Shown: piece after piece, positions 1 through 10,135 of the stretch | Position numbering within the stretch: the stretch's first letter is position 1 | Layout: every line of letters begins with the position of its first letter | Assembly (NCBI GenBank): GCA_965217895.1 | Contig: CBDCJV010000002.1 | Location: 4,320,001-4,384,000, forward strand | Length of the DNA stretch: 64,000 nt | Reading direction: 5' to 3' | Origin: Waterburya sp. | Lineage (GTDB): Bacteria > Cyanobacteriota > Cyanobacteriia > Cyanobacteriales > Xenococcaceae | Made by a program: the position numbers and the translations under genes | The notes under the pieces: generated by a model | The model's database searches: none | What the model was told of the DNA's origin: nothing | What the model saw: only the letters and a program-made list of their open reading frames with translations

Positions 1-436
1 TTCTCAAGCATTAATGTTTTTAGGTTGGTTAGCCAGTCGTCTTCAATGGACTCCTGTGGCATATCAATTTGAAGGCGGAGACTATGACATTCGTAAAGTA
101 AAACTCACCGACGACAAACAGCGCGCCATTGAAGTAGAGTTAGCTGGTATTCCTACCGCAGATTGGGGAGATATCCCTGGCGATTTGGTAAGCTTGCGCT
201 TGACTTCAACTAATGAAGAGGCTGATTGCTGTACGGTGTTGTGTTCGAGTACCACAGGCTGTATGAGAATGGAGGCTGGTGGAGGAGCGCAATCTTGCTA
301 TATTGAGCAGGTAACTCCCTTATTCGATCAAAATACTGAGAATCTGCTTGGTCAACAATTGCAGCGATGGGGTAGAGAAATGCTTTATGAAGAAAGCATG
401 GCTGTTGCTGACCAAATTTTGCAGCTAGCAAAATAA
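1..436 (+). CDS. opcA: Glucose-6-phosphate dehydrogenase assembly protein OpcA, C-terminal part (5' truncated by window)
   Basis: LGWLASRLQW and CCTVLCSSTTGCMRMEAGGGAQ motifs typical of cyanobacterial OpcA; frame is open to the window edge. Confidence 0.85.
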   Translation, partial: SQALMFLGWLASRLQWTPVAYQFEGGDYDIRKVKLTDDKQRAIEVELAGIPTADWGDIPGDLVSLRLTSTNEEADCCTVLCSSTTGCMRMEAGGGAQSCYIEQVTPLFDQNTENLLGQQLQRWGREMLYEESMAVADQILQLAK

Positions 437-499
437 ACTTAAGAGAACAATAAAAATCAAGAAAATGTTTCCGATCAAAGTTACCTATTAGCGGTAATG

Positions 500-543
500 A
501 AAAGTAATGAGCGGTATGATATTCATATTGCTCATTACTTTTT
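500..543 (+). terminator. Long hairpin, probable intrinsic terminator after opcA
   Basis: aaaagtaatgagcggtatga / tcatattgctcattactttt inverted repeat ending in a T-run. Confidence 0.55.
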
Positions 544-738
544 ACTTTAAATTAGTTTTGAGAAAACAGTCCCAACTCTCGAAAACAAAGTGTACCGTCA
601 AACGGTATCAAAATAATTGCTCGCTTTATATTCTGTTTTTACGCTTCAGAGCCGAAATATATGCTTTACGTGCGCTGGTTTGAATTTAAGTAGTTGCTAC
701 ATTGCCTACCAAAAAAACAAGAATTGGAGTAATTAGTA

Positions 739-3700
739 ATGAGCAGAGTAAAGCAAAAACGTATTCGAGGTGTCGTTCTTACGCCTGCAGGGCTAAAAAA
801 ACTTGAAACAGCCAGATATGAATCGGAATGTCAGAAAAATTATGGTGAAAGATATACCTACGAGAATATCAGCGAAATAGCTAATTTAGATATCAACACG
901 ATTAAAAAAGTACTAGAAGCCAAAGAAGGAGTTGATAAGCGATCTCTGGAAAAATTTTTAATTGCTTTCAATTTAGAGTTGACGGCAGAAATTTATACTA
1001 AACCTCGTCCTAATCAACGCCAGGATTGGGGAGAAGCAATTTCAGTAGAACACTTTTTCGGGCGCGCGAGTGAACTTGAGACTTTAGCCAATTGGCTTTT
1101 AAAAGATCGCTGTCGATTAATAGCACTGGTGGGAATGGGCGGAATAGGCAAAACAACTTTATCTGTTAAGTTTGTTCAGCAAAATGAGGATAAGTTTGAC
1201 TGTATTCTTTGGAAATCTTTACGAGATGCTCCACCTGTTGCCGAAATTATTGATAGCCTGATTGAATTTTTTTCTGAAGGACAAGAAAAAGCTAACTTGC
1301 CTTCAAGGTTAGGCGATAAAATTACCCTATTGATTGAGTATTTACGTTCTTTTCGCTGTCTTATTTTCCTAGATAATGCCGAATCACTTTTAGATAGTGG
1401 CAACAGAGTAGGAAAATATCGCCCAGGATATGAAGGCTATGGCGAACTTTTACGTAGAGTAGGCTCGACCGAGCATTTTAGCTGTCTTGCAATCACAACC
1501 AGAGAAAAGCCGAAAGAAGTCGCTGCTTTGGAAGGAGCAGGTCTTTTGGTTCGTTCGTTGCAATTAGCGGGATTGAAGCAAGGGCAAGAAATTTTAAAAC
1601 TCAAGGGACTTGCTGGCTCTAAGTTAGAACAAAAAGCTCTTAGCGATCGCTATGGAGGCAACCCACTAGCGTTAAAGGTAGTAGCTACTACTATTCAAGA
1701 TTTGTTTGCTGGCAATATCGCTGAATTTTTACGTCAAGATCGGGCTGTTTTTGGTGATATTCGGGATGTTTTAGATGAGCAGCTTGAGCGATTATCAGAT
1801 TTGGAACAAGAAATAATGCGCTGGCTGGCGATCGCTCGTGAACCAATTTCTTTGACAGAATTGCAGGCAGATTTTGTCTTACCAGTAACTCTCATCAAGT
1901 TATTAGAAGCCCTAGAATCTCTGTCTAGACGTTCTTTAATTGAAAAGAGTGCTTCTTGCTTTACCCAGCAGCCTGTAGTTATGGAGTATGTAACTAGCCA
2001 GCTTGTTGAGGTAGTCTGTGAAGAAATTTTGGCGCAAAAACCCAAGCTTTTTCGCGATCACGCCCTGATAAAAGCCACAGCCAAAGACTACATCAGAGAA
2101 AATCAAATTCGCCTTATTCTTCAGCCAGTTATTAATGGGCTTTTAGCTGCCTTAAGAAACCAGAAAGATCTAGAAGCCTGTTTAAGAAAAATTTTGGCAA
2201 CAATGCAGGAATCATCCCTAGAGAAATCCTATGGGGCAGGAAATATTATCAATTTGTTTTGCCAGTTAGAAACTGACTTAACTGGTTATGATTTTTCCAA
2301 TTTATGTGTTTGGCAAGCAGATTTGCGTCAAGCGCACTTGCAGAAAGTCAATTTCCAAAATGCAGACTTATCCAAATCAGTCTTTGCCGAAAACTTTGGC
2401 GGGATTTGGTCGGTAGCTTTTAGTCCTGATGGAAAATACTTAGCTGCGGGAGATACTAAAGGAAATATTCTATTACGAAGAGTAGCAGATGGTCAGCCAA
2501 TACGTAGTTTTACAGGTCATAATGCCTGGGTAGTTTCCCTCGCATTTAGTCCCGATGGTAAGACTCTTGCTAGCAGCAGTTGTGACTGTACCGCCAAGCT
2601 TTGGGATCTTAGTACTGGTCAATGTCTGCATTCTTTAGATGAGCATGAACACGAAGTTTGGTCAGTGGCATTTAGTCATGATGGTAAAACTCTAGCTACT
2701 GGCTGCGATGACTGCTATGCAAGACTTTGGCGAGTCAGCACAGGTGAATGTATTCAAGTTTTTTCAGGACATACAGATTATATACTGTCAGTAGCCTTTA
2801 GCTTGGATGGTCAGAAACTTTTTAGCGGCAGTCACGACAACACAATTAAGCAGTGGGACATTAAAACTGGCGATTGTCTCCTGGTTTTTCAAGGAGATGA
2901 TAAGGGAGTAAGATCTATTAGCGTCAGTCCTGATGGACAAATGCTTGCCAGTGGTAGCAAAGACCAAACAGTCAGAGTGTGGGATATAAAAACAGGTAAA
3001 TGTCTCAGTATTTTTCGAGGACATGACAACATGGTTTTAGCAGTCACTTTTTGCCCCCGAGACAATCTTTTAGTTAGTAGCAGTGTCGATCAAACTTTAA
3101 GGCTATGGAATGTTGATACTGGAGAATGCCTTAAGGTTTTTCAAGGACATTCTAATATGATCAACTCTATTGCCTTCAATTCACAGAGTAATATTTTAGC
3201 TAGTGGCAGTTACGATCAGTCCATAAAGCTATGGAATATCAATACCTATCAATGTGTAAAAACTTTTCAAGGACATAATAATCAGGCACTTTCTGTCATT
3301 TTTAGTTCAGATGGTCAAACCGTAATTAGCGGTGGTCACGATCACAAAATTAGACTATGGGATGTCAAAACTGGGAAGATAATCAAAATTTTACATAAAC
3401 ACACCAATTGGGTTTTCTCTGTTGCTTGTAATGCCAAAAATAATCTTATAGCCAGCGGTAGTGGCGATAAAACAATCAAAATTTGGGATATTCAAACTGG
3501 CAAAGTAATTAAAACTTTATTTGGACATCAAGCCGTAGTTCGTTCTGTCGCCTTTAGTTTTAATGGTCAAATTTTGGCAAGCAGCAGTGAAGATAAAACA
3601 ATTAAAATTTGGGATATTCAAGCTGGTCAGACAATAACAACTTTACAAGGACATCAAGCAGAAATATGGTCAATTGCCTTTAGTCCTGATGATCGGCAGT

Positions 3701-4251
3701 TGGCTAGTGGTTCTCTAGATGGAACTGCCAAATTGTGGAATATTAGCACTGGAAAATGCTTGAAGACTTTAGACGAACATACAAGTTGGGTCTTGTCAGT
3801 TGCCTTTAGTTTCGACAATAAGACTTTAGCTACTACCAGTCCAGATCGAACAATCAGACTTTGGGACACGACTACTGGAGAATGTCAAGTTGTATTACGA
3901 GAAGATAAAGGCTATTCACAATTGGTTGCCTTTAGTAATGATGGTCAAACAATAGCCAGCTATAATCAGGATTACGATATTAAGCTATGGAATATAAAAT
4001 CTAAAAAATGTATCCAAATTTTGCATGGTCATAAAGCGTTAATTAATTCGATCGCTTTTAGTCCTGACAATTGCACCTTAGTTAGCAGTAGCGAAGATGA
4101 AACAATTAATTTGTGGAACTTAAAAACTGGTGAATGTATAAAAACCCTAAAAGTTAAGAAACCCTATGAATTTATGAACATTACAGGAACTAAAGGTTTA
4201 ACAAAAGCCAATTTCGGTGTTTTAAAAACATTAGGAGCTTATGAAAATTAG
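739..4251 (+). CDS. STAND (NB-ARC) NTPase with N-terminal HTH-like region, pentapeptide segment and about 14 WD40 repeats
   Basis: Walker A GMGGIGKT, Walker B LIFLDNAE, GNPLAL motif, ADLRQAHLQKVNFQNADLS pentapeptides, repeated GH...VAFSPDG...WD units. Confidence 0.9.
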   Translation: MSRVKQKRIRGVVLTPAGLKKLETARYESECQKNYGERYTYENISEIANLDINTIKKVLEAKEGVDKRSLEKFLIAFNLELTAEIYTKPRPNQRQDWGEAISVEHFFGRASELETLANWLLKDRCRLIALVGMGGIGKTTLSVKFVQQNEDKFDCILWKSLRDAPPVAEIIDSLIEFFSEGQEKANLPSRLGDKITLLIEYLRSFRCLIFLDNAESLLDSGNRVGKYRPGYEGYGELLRRVGSTEHFSCLAITTREKPKEVAALEGAGLLVRSLQLAGLKQGQEILKLKGLAGSKLEQKALSDRYGGNPLALKVVATTIQDLFAGNIAEFLRQDRAVFGDIRDVLDEQLERLSDLEQEIMRWLAIAREPISLTELQADFVLPVTLIKLLEALESLSRRSLIEKSASCFTQQPVVMEYVTSQLVEVVCEEILAQKPKLFRDHALIKATAKDYIRENQIRLILQPVINGLLAALRNQKDLEACLRKILATMQESSLEKSYGAGNIINLFCQLETDLTGYDFSNLCVWQADLRQAHLQKVNFQNADLSKSVFAENFGGIWSVAFSPDGKYLAAGDTKGNILLRRVADGQPIRSFTGHNAWVVSLAFSPDGKTLASSSCDCTAKLWDLSTGQCLHSLDEHEHEVWSVAFSHDGKTLATGCDDCYARLWRVSTGECIQVFSGHTDYILSVAFSLDGQKLFSGSHDNTIKQWDIKTGDCLLVFQGDDKGVRSISVSPDGQMLASGSKDQTVRVWDIKTGKCLSIFRGHDNMVLAVTFCPRDNLLVSSSVDQTLRLWNVDTGECLKVFQGHSNMINSIAFNSQSNILASGSYDQSIKLWNINTYQCVKTFQGHNNQALSVIFSSDGQTVISGGHDHKIRLWDVKTGKIIKILHKHTNWVFSVACNAKNNLIASGSGDKTIKIWDIQTGKVIKTLFGHQAVVRSVAFSFNGQILASSSEDKTIKIWDIQAGQTITTLQGHQAEIWSIAFSPDDRQLASGSLDGTAKLWNISTGKCLKTLDEHTSWVLSVAFSFDNKTLATTSPDRTIRLWDTTTGECQVVLREDKGYSQLVAFSNDGQTIASYNQDYDIKLWNIKSKKCIQILHGHKALINSIAFSPDNCTLVSSSEDETINLWNLKTGECIKTLKVKKPYEFMNITGTKGLTKANFGVLKTLGAYEN

Positions 4252-4568
4252 CGCAATTAGATTGTATTAATCAATAATTTGGTCATGTATTGAGCTAGAT
4301 TTGAGAATTGGTATAAAGATTGAGCGATCGCCTTTAGAAGATGCTAGCCAAAAGCATTTGACATCAGAACAAAAAAAGAAAATGAAGACATTAGAGAGAG
4401 AATATTAATTTTATTAAATACGAACTCGCGTTACTGACCGTCTATTTCGACACCTATTAAAAACTTATCCAAATCAAAGTAATTTTACGGCTTTCTCAAA
4501 TTATTTAAATTGTTAAAATATTTAAACATCAATTTATTTTGACCTTTATTAGTTGTTCGATCTAAAGT

Positions 4569-5819
4569 ATGAAAGCTACCAGTACCAAAGAGATTAAATT
4601 GCAGTTTCAAAATGCGATTAATTTGCAACAAACTTGCAAAATATATCTGACTACATTTACAGGAGAAAGTTGGAGCTTTTACTTTAAAAAAGGATATTTA
4701 ATTTGGGCAAGCAGTAGCATCCATAGATTTAGAAGATTATATCGTTTGACAAATAAAATTTGTCCTGAAATTAACTGTCAAGATATTAGGTTAAGAGAAC
4801 AAGAAATTTCTGAACTGTGGGAATATTTATTGGTTTCTGTTTTATATCAACGTCAGTTAATAAGTATTTCTCAAGCCAAACAAGTAATTCAACAAATTGT
4901 CAATGAAGTATTATTTGATTGCTTTATAGCTGACGAGCAGATAAATAAAATCAAAGTAATTTTTGAGACGAAAGAAAATAGTATGGGGGCTATTCTTAGA
5001 AGTCCTCTTTTTAAAAAACCAATTATCTTAATTGAATATAAAAAAACTATTAGCCAGCTTGAATTATTGATTAGTGACTGGAAAGGTCTAAATATAGATA
5101 ATTGCTCGCCTAATTTATCACCTGTAATCAAAGACATAAACAAGCTTAGGAAAACAGTGGATTTAGATACTTACCCGCAGTTGTTTGGCTTGATTAATGG
5201 CAAAAAAACTATTAGAGATTTAGCCATAGTAACTAAACAAGATATCCTTAGTTTAACTAAATCTTTAATTCCACATCTGAAAAATAAAGCGATCGCCTTA
5301 CAGCAAATTCCCGATCGGCAATTAGCAAACTTATACTTTTCGCCAACTGAGATCGATAATCAAGCAAAATATCAAGATCGAGAGCGACTATATATTCAAG
5401 AACTAGATTTGCCTTTAGTTGTCTGCGTCGATCATGACCCCCATGTCTGTCAAAATATTACGCAAATTTTAAATCCTGCTGGCTATCGTGTTCTTGCCGT
5501 AAATGATGCAGCAAAAACTTTAATGGTGCTATTGAAAACCCAGCCAGCTCTAGTTTTTTTGAATGCAGCAATGCCTGATGTAAATGGTTATGAGCTTTGC
5601 GCTCAAATGAAAAAAATGCCAGCCATAAAACATATACCAATTATCATCTTGCGTAAACAAGAAAACTTAATAGAAGGAATTAAAGCAAAAATGTCAGGTG
5701 CAGCAGATTTTATTAGCAAACCGATTAAAACAACAGAATTACTGGTATTAGCTCAAAAGCATACTCAAAGTTTTATCGATCAAGATAGTTTGGTTAGATC
5801 GCAAATAGCCAGAGACTAA
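4569..5819 (+). CDS. PatA-family response regulator (PATAN-like N-terminus plus C-terminal receiver)
   Basis: N-terminal W..YF..G.L.WA..H.FRR..R pattern; C-terminal REC fold (VCVDHD, MPDVNGYELC, GAADFISKP). Confidence 0.8.
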   Translation: MKATSTKEIKLQFQNAINLQQTCKIYLTTFTGESWSFYFKKGYLIWASSSIHRFRRLYRLTNKICPEINCQDIRLREQEISELWEYLLVSVLYQRQLISISQAKQVIQQIVNEVLFDCFIADEQINKIKVIFETKENSMGAILRSPLFKKPIILIEYKKTISQLELLISDWKGLNIDNCSPNLSPVIKDINKLRKTVDLDTYPQLFGLINGKKTIRDLAIVTKQDILSLTKSLIPHLKNKAIALQQIPDRQLANLYFSPTEIDNQAKYQDRERLYIQELDLPLVVCVDHDPHVCQNITQILNPAGYRVLAVNDAAKTLMVLLKTQPALVFLNAAMPDVNGYELCAQMKKMPAIKHIPIIILRKQENLIEGIKAKMSGAADFISKPIKTTELLVLAQKHTQSFIDQDSLVRSQIARD

Positions 5820-5855
5820 TTATTTATTTACAGTATTTTAATATTTTTAAAATCA

Positions 5856-5974
5856 GGCGTTGCTGAGTCCAGATATAATTATATCGTTTTAACGATTGAG
5901 CAGATCGATTAAAAAGCTAATAGCTACGAACAAATTACTTTTCAATTTCTTTCATACTTCAAATCAGCAACGCC
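5856..5974. mobile_element. MITE-like element (family A) with 11-bp terminal inverted repeats and 8-bp target-site duplication
   Basis: GGCGTTGCTGA...TCAGCAACGCC flanked by taaaatca at 5848-5855 and 5975-5982. Confidence 0.75.
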
Positions 5975-6003
5975 TAAAATCAATACTAAATGTAAATTCA
6001 TCG

Positions 6004-6816
6004 CTATATTCTTTGTAAGAGACTCAATCCATGAGTATCAGTGCCACAGGTACTGTAAAGATGGTGTTTTTTAGCTAATTCTTGCACGTTTTTAGTTTTA
6101 TTAGGGCTAGGTCTCCAGATTCTAGGATTATCATAAGCATAGTAAGTCTCCACACCATCAATTTCTAATTCGGCAACTGCTGGAATTAATCGGTTTCCAG
6201 AACGACGATAGCGTTCAGGATGGGCTAATACTACTAAGCCTCCAGCTTGGTGAAGACAATCAATTACCTGTTTAGCTGCTGCATCTTTGCCTAAAGGCTT
6301 TTCTCCCTGAAGATATAGCTCTAAAGAAGGATGTTCGGGATCGAAGCCATAACCCAATATATGTACCTCTACCTCTAGCAATTTAGATGTAATTTCTACC
6401 CCTGTCCATAAGTGAGGCAGGTTTTCTACTTTACCTTTTAAACCTAGATCCGAAAGATATTGTTCGGCTTGTCGATAGCCGTTTACCGAATGATGGTCTG
6501 TAATCGCAAAGCCTTGAAGTCCAATAGCGATCGCCTGTTGCACTAGGGATAATGGTGTTAGTCTACCATCTGAGGCGGTGGTGTGCATATGAAAGTTAAA
6601 AGCATAGGGACAACTAACATAGCTAATAGTTTCCCAGACACTCTTGAGGTAAACAGTGTCCTGTGTTTTTGGTTTGAAAGGATACATAGCAACCATGCAC
6701 ATCAAAGGGGAGAAAATGTTTCTATTGGTTACAAATACCATAACAAAATAAAATACCCACTGGGAAGCATAACTTGGAGCGAGCAATGATAAAAAAAAGA
6801 TTAAACCCCTTGACAA
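6004..6816 (-). CDS. PHP-domain metal-dependent phosphoesterase (true start probably near 6700)
   Basis: HMHTTASDG, ITDHH, GVEI, HILGY, LAHP, GTDTH motifs. Confidence 0.85.
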   Translation of the reverse strand: MSRGLIFFLSLLAPSYASQWVFYFVMVFVTNRNIFSPLMCMVAMYPFKPKTQDTVYLKSVWETISYVSCPYAFNFHMHTTASDGRLTPLSLVQQAIAIGLQGFAITDHHSVNGYRQAEQYLSDLGLKGKVENLPHLWTGVEITSKLLEVEVHILGYGFDPEHPSLELYLQGEKPLGKDAAAKQVIDCLHQAGGLVVLAHPERYRRSGNRLIPAVAELEIDGVETYYAYDNPRIWRPSPNKTKNVQELAKKHHLYSTCGTDTHGLSLLQRI

Positions 6817-6890
6817 TTATACGTAATCTGGATTTCAAAGCTACAGTTTAATAATTAAAAATAGATATAAAGTTATCTAATGATTTATAT

Positions 6891-7796
6891 ATGATGACCT
6901 TATTACCTGCTGTTTTACCTGTAGGCTTAATTATTTTAATCGGTTTTATCGTCGGTCGTACTTTACCATTACAGCGTTCAACCCTGTCTCAGCTAACTTT
7001 ATATACTTTATCTCCAGCACTAGTAGTTAATGGTCTTTATCGCACCAAGTTATCTTTAGCAAGTTCAAGCAAACTATTGCTAGGATTTGCCTTAACCTCC
7101 ATAACTTTATATGGTCTAGTTTGGCTAATTAGTAAATTTTTTGGCTTAAATCCCACCTTTAGCCGAGCAATTACCGCTATTATTATGTTTCCTAATAATG
7201 GCAATATGGGATTACCTGTGGCGACTTTTGCTTTGGGTGCAGCAGGACTAGACAGGGCAATTATCTATATGCTGGGGTCTAGTTTTCTCATCTTTTGTTT
7301 TGGTCCTGCTATTATTCGTGGCAAGGGCTTAATTGAAGGTTTTAAGTTAACTTTACGATTACCGTTGCTTTGGGCAATTTTATTTGGCATTAGTCTAAGA
7401 TTATTTTCCCTTAAACTACCCTGGGAATTGGATAAAGGCATTCAGCAGTTAGGTGCAGCAGCAATTCCTATTGCCTTGATTTTACTGGGAATGCAATTAT
7501 CCCAGACTCGTTTCCAACCAAGAATTAAAGAAATTGTACTTGCCATTGCCCGTCTAGTCATTGCTCCTCTAATTGCTTATTGTTTTGGCAGGTTATTACA
7601 GCTAGATAGTTTAAATTTACAGGTACTAATTTTGCAAAGTGCCATGCCTACGGCAGTTAATTCTTTTGTGCTGGTAAGCGAGTTTGGTGGCGATAAAGAT
7701 TTGGTTGCCAGGGCAATTGTTACATCTACTCTGATAAGCTTTGTTACCTTACCTATAGTCTTGGCATTGTTGATGAAAATACCTCAGACTTTATAA
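6891..7796 (+). CDS. AEC (auxin efflux carrier) family permease
   Basis: About 10 hydrophobic segments; NNGNMGLP and QSAMPTAV motifs. Confidence 0.85.
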   Translation: MMTLLPAVLPVGLIILIGFIVGRTLPLQRSTLSQLTLYTLSPALVVNGLYRTKLSLASSSKLLLGFALTSITLYGLVWLISKFFGLNPTFSRAITAIIMFPNNGNMGLPVATFALGAAGLDRAIIYMLGSSFLIFCFGPAIIRGKGLIEGFKLTLRLPLLWAILFGISLRLFSLKLPWELDKGIQQLGAAAIPIALILLGMQLSQTRFQPRIKEIVLAIARLVIAPLIAYCFGRLLQLDSLNLQVLILQSAMPTAVNSFVLVSEFGGDKDLVARAIVTSTLISFVTLPIVLALLMKIPQTL

Positions 7797-7924
7797 AGTA
7801 AGTAGTGAGTAGCAAGTAGTAGGTAGTTTTCTTACAATATATATAGACAGCTTCCGAGATTGAAATTTTTTACTGACAAAATTTAAACCTCAAAAAGTAA
7901 ATAAAAAATAAGATTAAGCAAATC

Positions 7925-8305
7925 ATGTTAGGAAATTTTCAGCAAAGCAATTTGCGAATCGAAGTAAACGCCTCGGAAAAAAACATTAGAGAAAGCTTAC
8001 TAGAAAGCGATCGCCTTAAGCAATGGATGTGGCCACAAAACTTTACTTCTCTATCGGGTCAATTAACTAAAGGAGATACTTTTATTAGTTCTTTGGGATT
8101 AATAAAAGTTGAACATCAAGTAGAGATGGTTGAAGATAACTGTCTACGCCTAATACTAAGTAAAGGCATAGATGGATATCACCAATGGCACTGGGGTGAT
8201 GGCTGGCTACAGTCCCGCTTGGAAGGTATTTCAGCTTTGCCTCTTAATTTGGGACAAACTCTTAGCTTATTTCGTTTACGTCAATACCTCAGTACTAATA
8301 CTTAA
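7925..8305 (+). CDS. Conserved cyanobacterial hypothetical protein (SRPBCC-like fold possible)
   Basis: 126-aa ORF, GIDGYHQWHWGDGW motif. Confidence 0.6.
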   Translation: MLGNFQQSNLRIEVNASEKNIRESLLESDRLKQWMWPQNFTSLSGQLTKGDTFISSLGLIKVEHQVEMVEDNCLRLILSKGIDGYHQWHWGDGWLQSRLEGISALPLNLGQTLSLFRLRQYLSTNT

Positions 8306-8307
8306 TA

Positions 8308-8408
8308 ACCTGAGTTTGGAATAAGCTCAAATTCTTGTTATTTTGCTAGCTGAAAATAATATTTCTTGGCAAGGTCATCCTCGAAATTGTCTTAACCCGA
8401 ACTGACGT
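8308..8408. mobile_element. Degenerate MITE-like element (family B)
   Basis: acctgagtttggaataag versus cttaacccgaactgacgt (13/18 inverted match), flanked by tacttaata / tactcaata. Confidence 0.5.
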
Positions 8409-8420
8409 TACTCAATATTT

Positions 8421-8840
8421 TCAACTTAAGCCAACGCTGGTTTGCAACTGTCTAAACTCTTCTTGCAAAATAAATACTAGCTGGTTGTTTCCTTGATTTT
8501 TTGCTACCCGCAGACGATGCTGCAAGTTACAGAGCAAGTTTTCTAGATGTTTTTGTTGTGCATGGCGATTACGCTGTCGCGTAGCCGACCGATCGCTTAA
8601 CTGATATTTTAAAATATCATAAGCAGAACTAGCTTCTTCAGCTTGAGATGGCTTAATTAGAAACGTCCTATAAACATAGTTAATCTGCTCGATGTTGCTT
8701 TGTCCTCTATGGGACTGGCTTTCTACTGATAATGTGTGCCGAGGTAGCTTAGGTCTATGATGACAAGCAGTAATTTCTGTTTCAACTAGTAGCTGGTATT
8801 CTCTCCTGCTACTAGTTGAATAACAAGATAGATTATTCAT
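8421..8840 (-). CDS. Hypothetical protein with C-terminal PirA-like helical domain
   Basis: C-terminal HLENLLCNLQHRLRVAKNQGNNQLVFILQEE resembles the PirA-family pattern H.EN....L.HRL.VA...G...L...L..E. Confidence 0.5.
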   Translation of the reverse strand: MNNLSCYSTSSRREYQLLVETEITACHHRPKLPRHTLSVESQSHRGQSNIEQINYVYRTFLIKPSQAEEASSAYDILKYQLSDRSATRQRNRHAQQKHLENLLCNLQHRLRVAKNQGNNQLVFILQEEFRQLQTSVGLS

Positions 8841-8928
8841 TATTTTCTTTACAGTTAAAAATATTCATAATAATAGCCAAAGTTAACAAGATTTATTTAG
8901 TTTGATTTGTTAAAGATAAATAATAAAT

Positions 8929-8955
8929 ATAGAGGCATCCAAACTAAATGCCTCT
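8929..8955. terminator. Hairpin, probable terminator downstream of the DUF4278 gene
   Basis: tagaggcat-ccaaactaa-atgcctcta inverted repeat. Confidence 0.5.
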
Positions 8956-9056
8956 AGTTTAACTATTAGACGTAAGCGTAAGTAAATCTCAGAAGCCTTA
9001 TAATTAACTTCTGACAATATACGGAAGTACGCCTTTGTGACTTCCGCACAGCGGTA

Positions 9057-9242
9057 CTAGACTTTAGTGTAGTGGACTCCTCGATAGGTTAATCCTGTCT
9101 GTTGGTTGCTATGACGGTGCTTTTCTGTTAAATGGTGAACTTTCCAAGGCTTGCCACGATATAGTCCACCAACTTCACCTTCACTTACATCCCATTCTAA
9201 ATGGGGAGCTTCATAAGTTCTTCCTCTAAACTGTAGCTTCAT
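9057..9242 (-). CDS. DUF4278-family small protein
   Basis: MKLQFRGRTYE...GLYRGKPW...LTYRGVHY repeated YRG motifs. Confidence 0.85.
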   Translation of the reverse strand: MKLQFRGRTYEAPHLEWDVSEGEVGGLYRGKPWKVHHLTEKHRHSNQQTGLTYRGVHYTKV

Positions 9243-9478
9243 TTTTTATACCTCTAACATGAACTATAGATATTTTTTTTACTTTTAAATTTTAAATATT
9301 TGCGACTACGAGATTTTAAACTCGATCTGGTTTACATTCTTCCTAATAAACAAGTAAGTATGCTACTTCTTTTTTAATACAAGACCAATTGCCTCTGTTC
9401 TAGTAGACAAGAAAAACTTTTCATCTAAAATATCGAGAAAAATTATTGCCTTGTTATTTTATTATAATATATTTTTCT

Positions 9479-9492
9479 GTAACTATTGTTAC
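9479..9492. promoter_or_regulatory. NtcA-type box (GTA-N8-TAC) near a minus-strand TATAAT
   Basis: GTAactattgtTAC at 9479-9492; minus-strand TATAAT at 9461-9466. Confidence 0.55.
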
Positions 9493-9526
9493 CGTTTTAT
9501 GCAGAAAATAGATTTGTTGTAAAACT

Positions 9527-10135
9527 TTACTGTAACGAATTTTTTTTGTTAATTGCCGTGTCTACTTGAGCGTATAGACAAGTCAAATCAGCATTATTAT
9601 GTAGAATAACGTCGGCTGCTGCAACCTTTTCTGCCAGAGGAAGCTGGTTGTCAATTCTCGATTGAGCCTGTTCTAGAGATAAATTATTGCGCTGCTGTAA
9701 ACGGTCAATTTGTAAAGCGCGATCGCAACTAACTACCCAGATTTCTGTCACCGTATCTGTTAGCTTAGCTTCAAACAACAAAGGTATATCTAACACGACC
9801 GTATTGTTTAAAGTATACTGTAATTCTTGCTGAAAGCGATCGCGAACATAGGGATGAATTTGGTTTTCTAGCCACTGCTTTTCTTGGGCATCATTAAAAA
9901 CAATTTCTCCTAAACTAGAGCGGTCGAGGTTATCATTAGCTAACTTTACTTTGTCTCCATAACGAGCAAAAATAGTCTGTAAAATAGGTGAATTTTTTGC
10001 TACGGCTTCCCTGGCATAAATATCCGCATCCAATACAGGCAAATTATATTCCTCTGCCAAATAATTCGACACCGTAGTTTTTCCTGTGGCAATTCCTCCT
10101 GTTAAACCAATAAGTCTGATGGCTGAATTTTTCAT
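9527..10135 (-). CDS. coaE: Dephospho-CoA kinase
   Basis: IGLTGGIATGKTT P-loop, LDAD, IHPYVR, DIPLLFE. Confidence 0.95.
   Translation of the reverse strand: MKNSAIRLIGLTGGIATGKTTVSNYLAEEYNLPVLDADIYAREAVAKNSPILQTIFARYGDKVKLANDNLDRSSLGEIVFNDAQEKQWLENQIHPYVRDRFQQELQYTLNNTVVLDIPLLFEAKLTDTVTEIWVVSCDRALQIDRLQQRNNLSLEQAQSRIDNQLPLAEKVAAADVILHNNADLTCLYAQVDTAINKKNSLQ

Noticed and set aside
2400..4150. Diversity-generating retroelement or DNA repeat array in the WD40 region
   Set aside because: Repeats are diverged protein-level WD40 units; no reverse transcriptase or template/variable repeat pair seen
8990..9460. Glutamine (glnA) riboswitch at the DUF4278 gene
   Set aside because: ACGGAAGTA occurs downstream of the gene and on the opposite strand; no matching motif seen in the leader
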